A stretch of 56,055 bases of DNA from Coprococcus sp. (GTDB lineage Bacteria > Bacillota > Clostridia > Lachnospirales > Lachnospiraceae). The notes under the pieces were generated by a model. It made no database searches. It worked only from the letters and a program-made list of their open reading frames with translations, and had not been told where the DNA came from. The stretch covers positions 1-56,055 of the forward strand of contig JBJEJD010000086.1 in the NCBI GenBank assembly GCA_051877705.1, read 5' to 3'. Of the stretch, positions 40,107 through 50,789 are shown one piece after another. Position numbers and translations under genes: made by a program. How positions within the stretch are numbered: position 1 is the first letter of the stretch; each line of letters opens with the position of its first letter.

Positions 40107-40135
40107 TTGACATAAATTGAAAAAAAGTATAAAAT
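40107..40135 (+). promoter_or_regulatory. SigA promoter of rny
   Basis: TTGACA-17 bp-TAAAAT. Confidence 0.75.
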
Positions 40136-40184
40136 TTAAGTGTTGTATTCCTATACAATGAAAATTAAATAGGGAGGTGCTCCT

Positions 40185-41735
40185 GTGCAACCTGGTACGA
40201 TTATCGCAGTCGTTATTGCTGTTATCGTAACTGCAGTTATTGTCTGGAATGTGGCAATTTCTTATAGAAAGAAAGTTGTAGAGGCTAAGATTGGCACCGC
40301 AGAAGAAAAAGCACGCACGATTATAGACGAAGCTTTGAAGACTGCGGAGACAAAGAAGCGCGAAGGTTTGTTGGAACTTAAAGAAGAAACTTTAAAGAAT
40401 AAAAACGAACTGGAGAGAGAGAGCAAGGAACGACGTACAGAGTTACAGAAGTTTGAGAAGCGCGTTCTCGCAAAGGAAGAAGCACTGGACCGTAAGGCTG
40501 ATTCTCTTGAGAAGAAGGAAAGTCAGCTTGCTTCAAGAGAAGACAGACTGAACAAGCGTCAGGCTGAGGTCGATGCTCTGAGTGAGAAACGGGTGCAGGA
40601 ACTTGAACGAATCTCAGGTTTAACCTCCGAACAGGCAAAAGATTATCTTCTGAAGACTGTGGAAGATGAAGTGAAACATGAAACAGCAATGTTAGTTAAG
40701 GAACTTGAAGTCCGTGCGAAGGAAGAAGCTGGCAAGAAAGCCAAAGAGTACGTGGTGACAGCTATTCAGAAATGTGCAGCTGACCATGTGGCAGAGACAA
40801 CGATCTCTGTTGTACCGCTTCCGAATGACGAGATGAAGGGACGTATTATTGGGCGTGAAGGCCGTAATATACGTACGTTGGAGACGATGACAGGTGTGGA
40901 TCTGATTATTGATGATACACCGGAAGCAGTTATTCTCTCCAGTTTTGACCCAATTCGACGTGAAGTTGCCCGTATTGCTCTTGAAAAATTGATTGTTGAT
41001 GGAAGAATCCATCCGGCAAGAATTGAAGAGATGGTGGAGAAGGCTCAGAAAGAGGTCGAGACAATGATTCGCGAGGAAGGTGAAGCTGCTACACTGGAAG
41101 TAGGTGTGCATGGTATTCATCCGGAGCTCGTTCGTCTTTTAGGCAAGATGAAGTTCAGAACAAGCTATGGTCAGAATGCGTTGAAGCATTCTATCGAGGT
41201 TGCCCAGTTATCAGGATTGCTGGCTGCTGAGATTGGTGTAGATATCCGTCTGGCAAAGCGAGCCGGTTTATTACATGATATCGGTAAATCTGTGGATCAT
41301 GAGATGGAAGGTTCACACATTCAGATTGGTGTTGAATTATGTAAAAAATATAAGGAATCACCGATTGTCATTAATGCTGTCGAATCTCATCACGGTGATG
41401 TAGAACCGACATCACTGATTGCATGTATTGTACAGGCGGCAGATACTATTTCTGCGGCAAGGCCAGGTGCAAGACGTGAAACATTAGAAACTTATACTAA
41501 CAGATTAAAACAGTTAGAGGACATTTCCAACGGCTTTAAAGGCGTTGACAAATCTTTTGCAATTCAGGCAGGTAGAGAGATTCGTGTTATGGTAGTTCCA
41601 GAGCAGGTAAGTGATTCTGACATGATCTTACTTGCAAGAGATATAGCGAAGCAGATTGAAGCAGAGCTTGAATATCCGGGTCAGATTAAAGTAAATGTAA
41701 TCAGAGAGTCGAGAGTTATGGAATATGCTAAATAG
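40185..41735 (+). CDS. rny: Ribonuclease Y
   Basis: N-terminal TM, coiled coil, KH ([13 protein letters not shown]), HD (LLHDIGK). Confidence 0.97.
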   Translation: MQPGTIIAVVIAVIVTAVIVWNVAISYRKKVVEAKIGTAEEKARTIIDEALKTAETKKREGLLELKEETLKNKNELERESKERRTELQKFEKRVLAKEEALDRKADSLEKKESQLASREDRLNKRQAEVDALSEKRVQELERISGLTSEQAKDYLLKTVEDEVKHETAMLVKELEVRAKEEAGKKAKEYVVTAIQKCAADHVAETTISVVPLPNDEMKGRIIGREGRNIRTLETMTGVDLIIDDTPEAVILSSFDPIRREVARIALEKLIVDGRIHPARIEEMVEKAQKEVETMIREEGEAATLEVGVHGIHPELVRLLGKMKFRTSYGQNALKHSIEVAQLSGLLAAEIGVDIRLAKRAGLLHDIGKSVDHEMEGSHIQIGVELCKKYKESPIVINAVESHHGDVEPTSLIACIVQAADTISAARPGARRETLETYTNRLKQLEDISNGFKGVDKSFAIQAGREIRVMVVPEQVSDSDMILLARDIAKQIEAELEYPGQIKVNVIRESRVMEYAK

Positions 41736-41800
41736 TAAGCATTATCCGCATATATAGCTGTAGATACTGTTTGTTTATAAACTTTGACGGAGGACAATTT

Positions 41801-41844
41801 AGAGGTAGAACAGATCGGTTATCGGTTTTTCTGCCTCTTTTTTT
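41801..41844 (+). terminator. Terminator after rny
   Basis: agaggtagaa / ttctgcctct stem plus T run. Confidence 0.65.
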
Positions 41845-41879
41845 CTCTGTTTGGAAAAACTGTTTACAGGGGGAATAAA

Positions 41880-43052
41880 ATGGTTAGGATGCATAATTTG
41901 GTTGATATATTTGATAGAGAACTGGAGATACTGGATGTAGATGAAGAAAAAATGATCTATGTGCTGGATCAGAAAAGCGACAGGGGGAATCTGTGCGGCA
42001 TCGGACAGTATGATTTTAACAGTGGTGAAATAAAGACATTGACATCATTGGAAGGAACAAGACTCTACGAAAGCTTTCGTACATATGGAGCCATGAATGA
42101 TTATTTTTATGCAGTAACAGTCGAATCGGATTACAGACTGCGCCTTCAGGAAATAGACAGTCATACCTGGCAGATCCGTCAGACCTGCTGGCTTATACCG
42201 GAAGGTGAGGTGCTGAATATTTATCCAATACATCCGGATTATCTTATTGTCACGGATGAAGTGGCAGCAACAGATGAGATTCTCATGAAGTTTGATGACG
42301 AGGATTATGCAGGCAAATATTATACGCTGACTTACCTGTACAATCTGAAAACAGGGCAAAAATGGTATCTGCATGATGTTTTTTATCATATGGAACTGAT
42401 TGATGTTCAGGCTGTTCCGGATAAGAATGGAGGCAGTCAGCTTTATTTTATGCTTCAGTGCCTGAATTCGTCGGGTGAGCAGGAGAATAAGCTGTGGTCT
42501 GTGTCTGTTTATTATTTTCTGGCATCTCTGGTGGAAGGTGTGAAGCCTTCCTTTAAGAAAATAGAGGATCTGGGTCCGGATATTACCATGGCGCGTATTC
42601 AGCTGCAGGGCGGAGAATATGGTTATCGATTGATGGATCATAGGGCCGGGAAGACAGATATCTGTGAACTTCAGGCAGAGGATGGAATAGTCAGGAAGAA
42701 TATACGAACATCGGTTTCATGGCCGGAGGGTGGAGATATTGTCTATGCGCCTGAAGGGAAAGGCATTTATCATGTTATGGAAACAGCGGGAGGGAATATT
42801 CGTGTTACGGATCTGCTGAAGCCGGAGAATTCATTTGAATATGACTCAAAATACGGCGATTTTTCCGGTATCTATATAGATGATATGGCAGTTACGGTCT
42901 TTTACCGGACACAGATGTTAAAAGAAGATATGGTTTTTAAAGAATGCGCCGCGGTTCATCATACTGATGAAGGAAATGCAGATGTCTATGAAGGCAATGT
43001 TCAGATAAAGAATAATCAGCTGATGCTGTTAAGAAGTTTTTTGTATCTGTAA
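41880..43052 (+). CDS. Hypothetical acidic protein
   Basis: Long ORF; GGGGG SD before ATG 41880; no recognisable motif. Confidence 0.65.
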   Translation: MVRMHNLVDIFDRELEILDVDEEKMIYVLDQKSDRGNLCGIGQYDFNSGEIKTLTSLEGTRLYESFRTYGAMNDYFYAVTVESDYRLRLQEIDSHTWQIRQTCWLIPEGEVLNIYPIHPDYLIVTDEVAATDEILMKFDDEDYAGKYYTLTYLYNLKTGQKWYLHDVFYHMELIDVQAVPDKNGGSQLYFMLQCLNSSGEQENKLWSVSVYYFLASLVEGVKPSFKKIEDLGPDITMARIQLQGGEYGYRLMDHRAGKTDICELQAEDGIVRKNIRTSVSWPEGGDIVYAPEGKGIYHVMETAGGNIRVTDLLKPENSFEYDSKYGDFSGIYIDDMAVTVFYRTQMLKEDMVFKECAAVHHTDEGNADVYEGNVQIKNNQLMLLRSFLYL

Positions 43053-43130
43053 AATACAGTTCAGTAAGTGAATATTTTATGGTACAATAAATAAAAACAA
43101 TAATAATAATTTGAAAGGATGATAAATAAA

Positions 43131-43958
43131 ATGAGTGAAGCATGCAATGAATCAAGCTGTAGTTCATGTTCTGTGGAGGGATGTTCTTCACGAAAGGCAG
43201 ATTTGAAAGAGCCTGCTAATAAATTCAGTCATATTAAACATGTTATTGGTGTTGTCAGCGGTAAAGGTGGTGTCGGCAAGTCTCTTGTGACTTCTGAACT
43301 GGCCGTTAAGCTGCACCGTCAGGGATACAAAGTGGGTGTACTGGATGCTGATATTACAGGACCTTCCATTCCGAAGGTTTTCGGTATTCATGAGCAGGCT
43401 GTAGGCAATGACAATGGCGTGTTCCCGGCTCAGACACCGGAAGGTATCAAGATTATTTCTGTTAATCTGATGCTCGAGAATGAGGATGATCCGGTTATCT
43501 GGAGAGGTCCGGTCATTGCCGGTGTTGTTAAGCAGTTCTGGAATGAAGTTATCTGGGGTGAGCTGGATTATCTTCTGGTTGATATGCCTCCGGGTACAGG
43601 AGATGTCCCACTGACAGTCTTCCAGTCACTGCCTGTGGATGGCGTTATTATTGTTACCTCTCCGCAGGAACTGGTGGAAATGATCGTCAAGAAGGCCTAT
43701 AATATGGCCAAGATGATGAATATCCCTGTCCTTGGTCTTGTTCAGAATATGAGTTATCTGATCTGCCCGGACTGCGGCAGACTGCTTTATATTTACGGTG
43801 AGGGCAAGGGTGAAGAGATGGCGAAGGAGCTGTCGATTCCATCCTACGCAAGCCTGCCGATCGATCCGGCTATTGCTTCATTATGTGATGCAGGCCGTAT
43901 TGAAGAATTTGACCATCCTTATCTTGATGCCATGGTCAAATATCTTGCAGCTTTATAA
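43131..43958 (+). CDS. Mrp/NBP35 (ApbC) Fe-S cluster carrier ATPase
   Basis: Cys-rich N-terminus, SGKGGVGKS, DADITGPS, DMPPGTGD, NMSYLICPDCG. Confidence 0.92.
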   Translation: MSEACNESSCSSCSVEGCSSRKADLKEPANKFSHIKHVIGVVSGKGGVGKSLVTSELAVKLHRQGYKVGVLDADITGPSIPKVFGIHEQAVGNDNGVFPAQTPEGIKIISVNLMLENEDDPVIWRGPVIAGVVKQFWNEVIWGELDYLLVDMPPGTGDVPLTVFQSLPVDGVIIVTSPQELVEMIVKKAYNMAKMMNIPVLGLVQNMSYLICPDCGRLLYIYGEGKGEEMAKELSIPSYASLPIDPAIASLCDAGRIEEFDHPYLDAMVKYLAAL

Positions 43959-43982
43959 TATTCAGATCCATACGGAGGAGAC

Positions 43983-44795
43983 ATGTTTACAATTAGAGAA
44001 TATGCCATGCCTGAATCACTGGAGGAAGCTTATACTATTCTGAAATCACGAAAGGGTAATCAGATACTCGGAGGATGTGCATGGTTACGATTGGGAAAAA
44101 AGAGGATTAATATTGCAGTGGACCTGTCCAGATGCGGTCTTGATTATATCAGAGAAGATGAAGAAAGGATTGAGATTGGTGCAATGACTTCTTATCGCAG
44201 CGTTGAGACCAGTGACATCCTTCATGGATACTTTAATGGCGTCATCGCCGATTCGGTATCATCGATTATCGGGACACAGTTCAGGAATACGGTGACTGTG
44301 GGTGGTTCTGTGTATGGAAGATTTGGATTTTCTGATTTTCTTACACCTCTTCTTGCACTGGATACAACAGTTGTTTTATACAAGAAGGGCAGCGTTCCAC
44401 TGGAAGATTTTATGAATATGCCTTACGAAAAGGATATCATTGAGAAAATTGTCATTGCAAAGGATGGAAGAAAAGCTTCCTATCAGATGTTCAGGAACTC
44501 AAGAGCTGATTTCCCGGTTCTGAATCTTGCAGTCAGCAAGGCTGCTGACGGAAGCTTCCGGGTGACAGTCGGGGCCAGGGGACCGAAGGCCGTCAGAGCA
44601 GAGAGAACAGCTGCCTATTTGACGGAGCAATTGGCATCGGAAAACGGCAATATGGATGAAATGATTAAAGAAGCCGGTCGTATTCTTGTGAATGAAGTGA
44701 AATTTACAGATAATATGCGTGCCAGTGCAGAATACAGGAAAATTTTAAGTGGTGTTCTTCTTGGAAAGGCAGTCAGGGAGGTGGAAGCATGCTGA
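43983..44795 (+). CDS. Molybdenum hydroxylase FAD-binding subunit
   Basis: IEIGAMT, QFRNTVTVGGS, D.RASAEYR. Confidence 0.88.
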   Translation: MFTIREYAMPESLEEAYTILKSRKGNQILGGCAWLRLGKKRINIAVDLSRCGLDYIREDEERIEIGAMTSYRSVETSDILHGYFNGVIADSVSSIIGTQFRNTVTVGGSVYGRFGFSDFLTPLLALDTTVVLYKKGSVPLEDFMNMPYEKDIIEKIVIAKDGRKASYQMFRNSRADFPVLNLAVSKAADGSFRVTVGARGPKAVRAERTAAYLTEQLASENGNMDEMIKEAGRILVNEVKFTDNMRASAEYRKILSGVLLGKAVREVEAC

Positions 44796-45241
44796 TTCAT
44801 ATCTATATTAATGGACAAAAGACAAAGATCCATTGTCAGCCTGATGCCATGCTTCTGGACGTTTTGAGAGATGCCGGCTGCAAGAGTGTAAAATGTGGAT
44901 GCGACACGACCAACTGTGGATTATGTACAGTTTGGCTTGACGGCAAACCGGTTCTGTCCTGTTCTGTTCCGGCAGCAAGAGTGAATGAGCGTCATGTGAC
45001 CACTCTTGAGGGCATTCAGGATGAAGCGGAGAAGTTTGGCTCATTTCTGGTGGCTGAGGGCGCAGAGCAGTGCGGTTTCTGTAGTCCGGGACTGATCATG
45101 AATGTGATTGCCATGAAAAAAGAACTGGATCATCCGACGGATGATGAGATTCGTCATTATCTTGAAGGCAATTTGTGCAGATGTACGGGATATATGGGAC
45201 AGATGCGCGCTATCAGGAATTATATGGAGGTGGAAGCATGA
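44789..45241 (+). CDS. Molybdenum hydroxylase 2x[2Fe-2S] subunit
   Basis: KCGC...CGLC...SC, QCGFCSPG, GNLCRCTGY. Confidence 0.92.
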   Translation: MLIHIYINGQKTKIHCQPDAMLLDVLRDAGCKSVKCGCDTTNCGLCTVWLDGKPVLSCSVPAARVNERHVTTLEGIQDEAEKFGSFLVAEGAEQCGFCSPGLIMNVIAMKKELDHPTDDEIRHYLEGNLCRCTGYMGQMRAIRNYMEVEA

Positions 45242-47568
45242 GATATGTCAGCCAACCGGTGAAAAAGCTGGACGGTATGCCGATCGTCAAAGGCAAACCG
45301 CTGTATACCAATGACCTTGCGCCGAACGACTGTCTGATCGTGCTGGCGCTGCGCAGTCCTTATGCCTATGCGCGTATTAAATCCATTGATACATCCAAAG
45401 CCATGCTGGTAAAGGGAGTAGAATGTGTCCTGACTTACAAGGATGTTCCTCATGTACGTTTTACCAATGCGGGCCAGACCTATCCGGAATGTTCGGCCTA
45501 TGACCGTTTGATTCTGGATGAGTATGTCAGATATATCGGTGATGAGGTTGCACTTGTGGCTGCTTCCAATGAGAAAGCAGCTCTGCAGGCGCTGAAGATG
45601 ATCAAGGTAGAATATGAAGTCCTGGAACCGTTGCTTGACTATAAGAAGGCAGCAGATAATCCGGTCATCGTTCATAATTATGATGATTATTTTACACATT
45701 ATCCGAGTTTTAATTCAGATAATAAACGTAATATCGTTGTAGATGGTGTGGAAGAGCATGGAGATGTGGACAAAGAGATGGCTGAGAGTGATGTCATTGC
45801 TGAAGGCGAGTACGAGATACAGGCTCAGGAGCAGTGTATGATGGAGACTTTCAGAACATACACTTATCTGGATCACATGAACCGTCTGGTTGTGGTGTCT
45901 TCCACGCAGGTACCGTTCCATGTCAGAAGATCTCTGGCCAGAGCACTGCAGATACCGCAGTCGAGGATCCGTGTAGTCAAGCCGCGTATTGGCGGTGGAT
46001 TTGGTGCCAAGCAGACCATTGTGTCGGAATATTATCCTGCTATTGTAACGCTCAAGACGGGCAAGGCCGCCAAGATGCTCTACACCAGGAAAGAAGCTTT
46101 CACCTGTTCCAACAGCCGTCATCAGATGACCATTAAAGTACGTGTCGGTGCAGATAAGGAAGGTCATATTAAGGCTATTGAGCTGGATACATTGTCCAAT
46201 CAGGGAGCTTATGGTGAACATGGAACGACCACCATTGGTTTAGCCGGTCATAAGGCTATACCGCTTTATAACCAGGCAAATGCCCATCGTTTTAAATATC
46301 GCGGTGTTTATACCAATACCATGCCTGCTGCAGCTTTCAGAGGCTATGGCGCTACACAGGGACAGTTTGCCCTCGAATCTACGGTGAACAAGCTGGCCCA
46401 TATGCTGAACATGGATCCAATAGACATCCGTGAGAAAAATATGCTGCAGATGGGCGAGATCATGCCGGCTTATTACAATGAACCACTCAACAGCAGTGCG
46501 TTGGACCGCTGTATCCAGAGGGGACGGGAGATGATCGGCTGGGATGAGAAATATCCTTGCCGTGAGATCAGTCCGACAAAGGTACGGTCTGTCGGCATGG
46601 CCATCTCTATGCAGGGGTCTGGTATTTCCCATGTGGATACGGCCGGTGCGGAGATCAAGCTGAATGATGATGGTTATTATACATTGAAAATAGGTGCAAC
46701 AGATATGGGTACGGGCTGTGATACATCCATGACTCAGATTGCGGCTGAAACGCTTCTGGCGGATATGGATCAGTTCATTGTGGCAGGTGTCGATACGGAT
46801 ATATCGCCGTTTGACCCGGGCTCCTATGCATCCAGTACCACCTATGTAACAGGCATGGCCGTTTACAATGCGGCCTGTGATCTGAAGAATAAGATCATTA
46901 CAGCCGGGGCAAAGATGCTTTATCCGGATCGCTTTTTGGATGATTCGGACAAAGTGAATCCGAAGAAATTCTATTTCGACGGTACCCGTGTCATGGAAGT
47001 GGCCACGGGCAAGTTCATATCCATACATGATATTGCCATTCATTGTGCCGGTTCCAGCGATGGTAATTATCTGAACGGCAGCGGCTTCTATTCCAGCCCG
47101 GTTTCACCGCCGCCATTAATGGCCGGTTTTGTGGAGATCGAACTGGACAAGGAGACAGGACAGTTTGACGTGGTAGATTATGTGGGTGTTGTTGACTGCG
47201 GAACTATCATCAACAGCAATATTACCCGGGGACAGACAGAGGGTGGTATCTGCCAGGGAATAGGCCTTGCCATGTATGAAGATGTGCAGTACGACAAGAA
47301 GGGCCGCATGATGACAGATTCTTTCATGCAGTATAAGATACCGAATCGTGTGGATGTGAAGAAAATCCGTGTTGAATTTGAATCCAGCTATGAGCCAACG
47401 GGACCTTACGGTGCAAAATCTATCGGAGAGATCGTTGTTAATACACCGGCACCGGCCATTGCAGATGCTGTTTATAATGCCTGCGGCGTTCGCTGTACAT
47501 CCCTTCCGATTACACCTGAGAAGGTCATGATGGGAATGCTGAAGAATAAAATGGAGCAGGAAAAATAA
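45238..47568 (+). CDS. Xanthine dehydrogenase-family molybdopterin-binding subunit
   Basis: LRSPYAYA, IGGGFGAKQ, AFRGYG, DMGTG, YASS, GAKSIGE; start ATG 45238. Confidence 0.92.
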   Translation: MRYVSQPVKKLDGMPIVKGKPLYTNDLAPNDCLIVLALRSPYAYARIKSIDTSKAMLVKGVECVLTYKDVPHVRFTNAGQTYPECSAYDRLILDEYVRYIGDEVALVAASNEKAALQALKMIKVEYEVLEPLLDYKKAADNPVIVHNYDDYFTHYPSFNSDNKRNIVVDGVEEHGDVDKEMAESDVIAEGEYEIQAQEQCMMETFRTYTYLDHMNRLVVVSSTQVPFHVRRSLARALQIPQSRIRVVKPRIGGGFGAKQTIVSEYYPAIVTLKTGKAAKMLYTRKEAFTCSNSRHQMTIKVRVGADKEGHIKAIELDTLSNQGAYGEHGTTTIGLAGHKAIPLYNQANAHRFKYRGVYTNTMPAAAFRGYGATQGQFALESTVNKLAHMLNMDPIDIREKNMLQMGEIMPAYYNEPLNSSALDRCIQRGREMIGWDEKYPCREISPTKVRSVGMAISMQGSGISHVDTAGAEIKLNDDGYYTLKIGATDMGTGCDTSMTQIAAETLLADMDQFIVAGVDTDISPFDPGSYASSTTYVTGMAVYNAACDLKNKIITAGAKMLYPDRFLDDSDKVNPKKFYFDGTRVMEVATGKFISIHDIAIHCAGSSDGNYLNGSGFYSSPVSPPPLMAGFVEIELDKETGQFDVVDYVGVVDCGTIINSNITRGQTEGGICQGIGLAMYEDVQYDKKGRMMTDSFMQYKIPNRVDVKKIRVEFESSYEPTGPYGAKSIGEIVVNTPAPAIADAVYNACGVRCTSLPITPEKVMMGMLKNKMEQEK

Positions 47569-47569
47569 T

Positions 47570-48307
47570 ATGAAAAATTATCGGATTCCCATTGAGAAGA
47601 TGATGGATCCGTTGCTGGTGCAGGGCTGCAGGGTGTTTTCCGTGGCGGGCTCAGGCGGTAAAACGACGCTGATCCGCAAGGCTGCCCTGCATTATGCCAA
47701 AATCTTGCACGTGGGGGTAGCCGCTTCTACAAAAATGTGTCTTCCTGACAGTCAATGGCAATACAGAGGGATGATACCGTCGGTTGTATCGCCGGATTGT
47801 CTGGAAGCAGCACAAGGAGCGGTGCCTCCTGTCTGTTTTTATACGGATCACATTTTAACTGAGGGCAAAATATGGGATATTAGCGGTAATATGATGACGA
47901 TGGCTCTCGAGAGAAGCGATATACTTATGGTGGAGGCTGACGGATCCAACCGAAAGCCATTGAAGGGCTGGAGAGCGGACGAGCCGGTCATAGTGCCGGA
48001 AACGGATGTGACGATCGGCGTTCTTCCGCTGCACTGTCTCGGTCAGAGAATCGATGAAGCTATGGTGCATCGTATAGAAGCCTTTACGGATATAACGGGC
48101 CTTGGCAGTGGTGACAGTATGACTGTTGAAGCTTATGTACAGCTGATCATCCATCCCAAGGGACTGTTTGGACACGGGAAAGGCAGAAAAATACTGCTGC
48201 TGAATCGTGTGAATAGTGATGATCTGAGGAAGGCAGCCGAGAGCATTGCTGCCCGATCTGAAAAATGTATCGATCAGTGGATTGCGGGGTGTCTGGAGGA
48301 TGAATGA
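47570..48307 (+). CDS. yqeC: Selenium-dependent hydroxylase accessory protein YqeC
   Basis: GSGGKTT, STKM, VEADGS.RKPLKG...EPVI. Confidence 0.85.
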   Translation: MKNYRIPIEKMMDPLLVQGCRVFSVAGSGGKTTLIRKAALHYAKILHVGVAASTKMCLPDSQWQYRGMIPSVVSPDCLEAAQGAVPPVCFYTDHILTEGKIWDISGNMMTMALERSDILMVEADGSNRKPLKGWRADEPVIVPETDVTIGVLPLHCLGQRIDEAMVHRIEAFTDITGLGSGDSMTVEAYVQLIIHPKGLFGHGKGRKILLLNRVNSDDLRKAAESIAARSEKCIDQWIAGCLEDE

Positions 48308-48908
48308 TATAACAGCCATAGTGCTTGCATCGGGAATGTCCCGAAGAATGGGCTGCAATAAGCTGCTTCTGAATTTCAATGGAATTCCGATGATATCCCA
48401 TGTACTGAAGCTTCTGAAAGATTTTGACTTCAGGGAAGTACTGGTGGTGACAGGATATTCCGAGATAGAGCAGATTGCGCGGATGTTTGACTATCGGTCA
48501 GTTTTGAATGATCATCCGGAAATCGGTCAGAGCCATTCTGTTGTTCTTGGTGTGACGGCGAGTCCTGATTCAGAAGGCTGGCTTTTTTTCAATGGGGATA
48601 TGCCCCAGTTGAAGGCTGGTACTGTCAGAAAGATTCTTGATACAGCAGAAGAAAATAAATCAGAAAGCAGAGAAAAAATTGTTGTCCCAAGATACGGGGG
48701 ATCCCCGGGACAACCGGTTTATTTTCCTTCAGCTTTTTATGGAGAGCTGACTGCGCTTACGGGAGATCAGGGCGGTCGTCAGGTGATACGCCGACACTAT
48801 TCAGATGTTTACTATGTGGATATAGAAGAGGCAGAGCAGGGAATGGATATTGATACACCTGAAGATCTAATGCGAATCAGTCCATTGAGACGATGGTCGG
48901 GACGTTAA
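48300..48908 (+). CDS. mocA: Molybdenum cofactor cytidylyltransferase (MocA/YgfJ-like)
   Basis: LASGMSRRMG.NKLLL, GDMP, GDQGGR, DIDTPED; context. Confidence 0.8.
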   Translation: MNDITAIVLASGMSRRMGCNKLLLNFNGIPMISHVLKLLKDFDFREVLVVTGYSEIEQIARMFDYRSVLNDHPEIGQSHSVVLGVTASPDSEGWLFFNGDMPQLKAGTVRKILDTAEENKSESREKIVVPRYGGSPGQPVYFPSAFYGELTALTGDQGGRQVIRRHYSDVYYVDIEEAEQGMDIDTPEDLMRISPLRRWSGR

Positions 48909-48922
48909 AAGGAGAAAAACTA

Positions 48923-49735
48923 ATGAACAAAAGAATTGTAGTCCGTGGCGGCGGAGATCTGGCTACAGGGACTATTTATTGTCTGCATCAGTGCGGTTAT
49001 CAGGTGCTGGTGCTCGAAATAGAAAAACCGACAGCCATCCGGCGCAGTGTTGCATTTTCTGAGGCCATGTATGATGGAGAGACTGTTGTGGAGGGTGTTC
49101 AGGCCAGAAGAATAGAAAATGCGAAAGAAGCTGAGCGGTGCTGGCAGGAGGGTGTGATTCCGATACTTAAAGATGAGAAAGCTGTCAGTGTCGGAATAAT
49201 AGAACCTTTTGCATTTATAGATGCGGCAATTGCCAAAAAGAATCTCGGTACAGTTATCGATATGGCTCCGCTGGTCATCGGCCTGGGGCCTGGTTTTACG
49301 GCAGGTATAGATGTGGATCTGGTTATTGAGACGAAGAGAGGACATCGGCTGGGACGTATTATCCGTGACGGGTCAGCCATTGCCAATACAGGTATTCCCG
49401 GTATTATTGGAGGTTATGGAAAAGAAAGAGTGATTCACTCGCCGGCAGCGGGGGTATTTACGGCATCAGCCCGGATCGGTGATATTGTCAGCAAAGGAGA
49501 TATCATTGCACATGTAGGCAATACACCGGTATATGCGTCTCTTGATGGTGTTCTGAGGGGAATTTTACGTGACGGACTGGAAGTACCGGAGCATTTTAAG
49601 ATTGCGGATATAGATCCGAGATTGTCGGAAAGGGAGAATTGTTTTACCATATCGGATAAGGCAAGAGCCATTGCCGGCGGCGTGCTGCAGGCAATATGTA
49701 TGTATGAATACGAGCAGGGAAAAGGAGAGGTTTAA
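48923..49735 (+). CDS. yqeB: Selenium-dependent molybdenum hydroxylase system protein YqeB
   Basis: VRGGGDLATG, IGLGPGF.AG, ETKRGH.LG, NTGIPG, KIADIDPR, ISDKARAIAGGVL. Confidence 0.9.
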   Translation: MNKRIVVRGGGDLATGTIYCLHQCGYQVLVLEIEKPTAIRRSVAFSEAMYDGETVVEGVQARRIENAKEAERCWQEGVIPILKDEKAVSVGIIEPFAFIDAAIAKKNLGTVIDMAPLVIGLGPGFTAGIDVDLVIETKRGHRLGRIIRDGSAIANTGIPGIIGGYGKERVIHSPAAGVFTASARIGDIVSKGDIIAHVGNTPVYASLDGVLRGILRDGLEVPEHFKIADIDPRLSERENCFTISDKARAIAGGVLQAICMYEYEQGKGEV

Positions 49736-49736
49736 A

Positions 49737-50759
49737 ATGAAATGTATTCCTGTAGAAGAAGCAGTGGGGACTATCTTATGCCATGACATTACCCAGATAC
49801 TTCCCGGAGAATTCAAGGGGAGAAGATTTAAAAAAGGAGATATCATTAAAGAAGAGGATATCCCTGTTCTTCTGTCTCTTGGAAAAGACAGAATCTACGT
49901 GTGGGAGAATGTGGAAGGCATGGTTCATGAAAATGATGCAGCCATGTTCCTGAAAGATATTACCATGGGAGAAGGGCTGACCTATGGAGAGATTAAAGAA
50001 GGTAAAATCACTTTTAGCGCTGCATATGACGGCCTGCTGAAGGTGGATGCGGACAGACTGCTGGAACTGAATATGCTTGGAGAGATTTCCTTTGCCAGTC
50101 TCCACAATAATCTGCCTGTGACAAAGGGACAGGCTGTAGCCGGTACCCGCGTGATACCGCTGGTTATTGACCAGAAGAAGCTGGATCAGGCAAAAGAGGT
50201 GCTGGACGGACATAAAATTATTGAGGTAAAGCCAATGCGCAGTATGACGATCGGTATCGTTACAACGGGCAATGAGGTCTACTATCATAGAATAGAAGAT
50301 AAATTCGGTCCGATCCTTCGGAGGAAGATGGCGCATTATCACTGTCAGGTGGCAGGACAGACTTTTGTGCCGGATGATAAAGAGAAGATTCAAAATGCCA
50401 TAAGAGAATGGCTCGAACAGGGTGTGGATATGGTATTCTGTACGGGCGGCATGTCTGTGGATCCTGATGATCTGACACCGGCAGCTATCAGAGATTCTGG
50501 ATGTGAGATCGTGACTTACGGCACGCCGGTGCTTCCAGGGGCCATGTTCCTTGTATCCTATGATCCGAAAGGGCGGCCGGTGCTTGGTCTTCCGGGATGT
50601 GTCATGCATGCAGGTGTGACTGTCTTTGATCTGGTATTTCCAAGAATACTGGCAGGAGAAAAGATTACAATGAGAGATATCGCTGCTTATGGCCATGGCG
50701 GTTTATGTACAAGCTGTCAGAACTGCACCTATCCAAACTGCCATTTCGGCAAAGTATAA
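49737..50759 (+). CDS. Molybdopterin-binding (MoeA/MogA-like) protein with C-terminal Cys cluster
   Basis: TTGNEV, TGGMSVDPDD.TP, GLPGC, C-terminal GGLCTSCQNCTYPNC. Confidence 0.82.
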   Translation: MKCIPVEEAVGTILCHDITQILPGEFKGRRFKKGDIIKEEDIPVLLSLGKDRIYVWENVEGMVHENDAAMFLKDITMGEGLTYGEIKEGKITFSAAYDGLLKVDADRLLELNMLGEISFASLHNNLPVTKGQAVAGTRVIPLVIDQKKLDQAKEVLDGHKIIEVKPMRSMTIGIVTTGNEVYYHRIEDKFGPILRRKMAHYHCQVAGQTFVPDDKEKIQNAIREWLEQGVDMVFCTGGMSVDPDDLTPAAIRDSGCEIVTYGTPVLPGAMFLVSYDPKGRPVLGLPGCVMHAGVTVFDLVFPRILAGEKITMRDIAAYGHGGLCTSCQNCTYPNCHFGKV

Positions 50760-50789
50760 AATGACCGGCATATATGCCGGTCATTTTAT
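50756..50789. terminator. Bidirectional terminator (perfect 34-bp palindrome)
   Basis: ataaaatgaccggcata|tatgccggtcattttat between convergent genes. Confidence 0.85.

Noticed and set aside
43983-50759. Possible selenocysteine (in-frame TGA) recoding in the Se-related cluster
   Set aside because: All ORFs look full length; the TGA stops coincide with normal ends overlapping the next start
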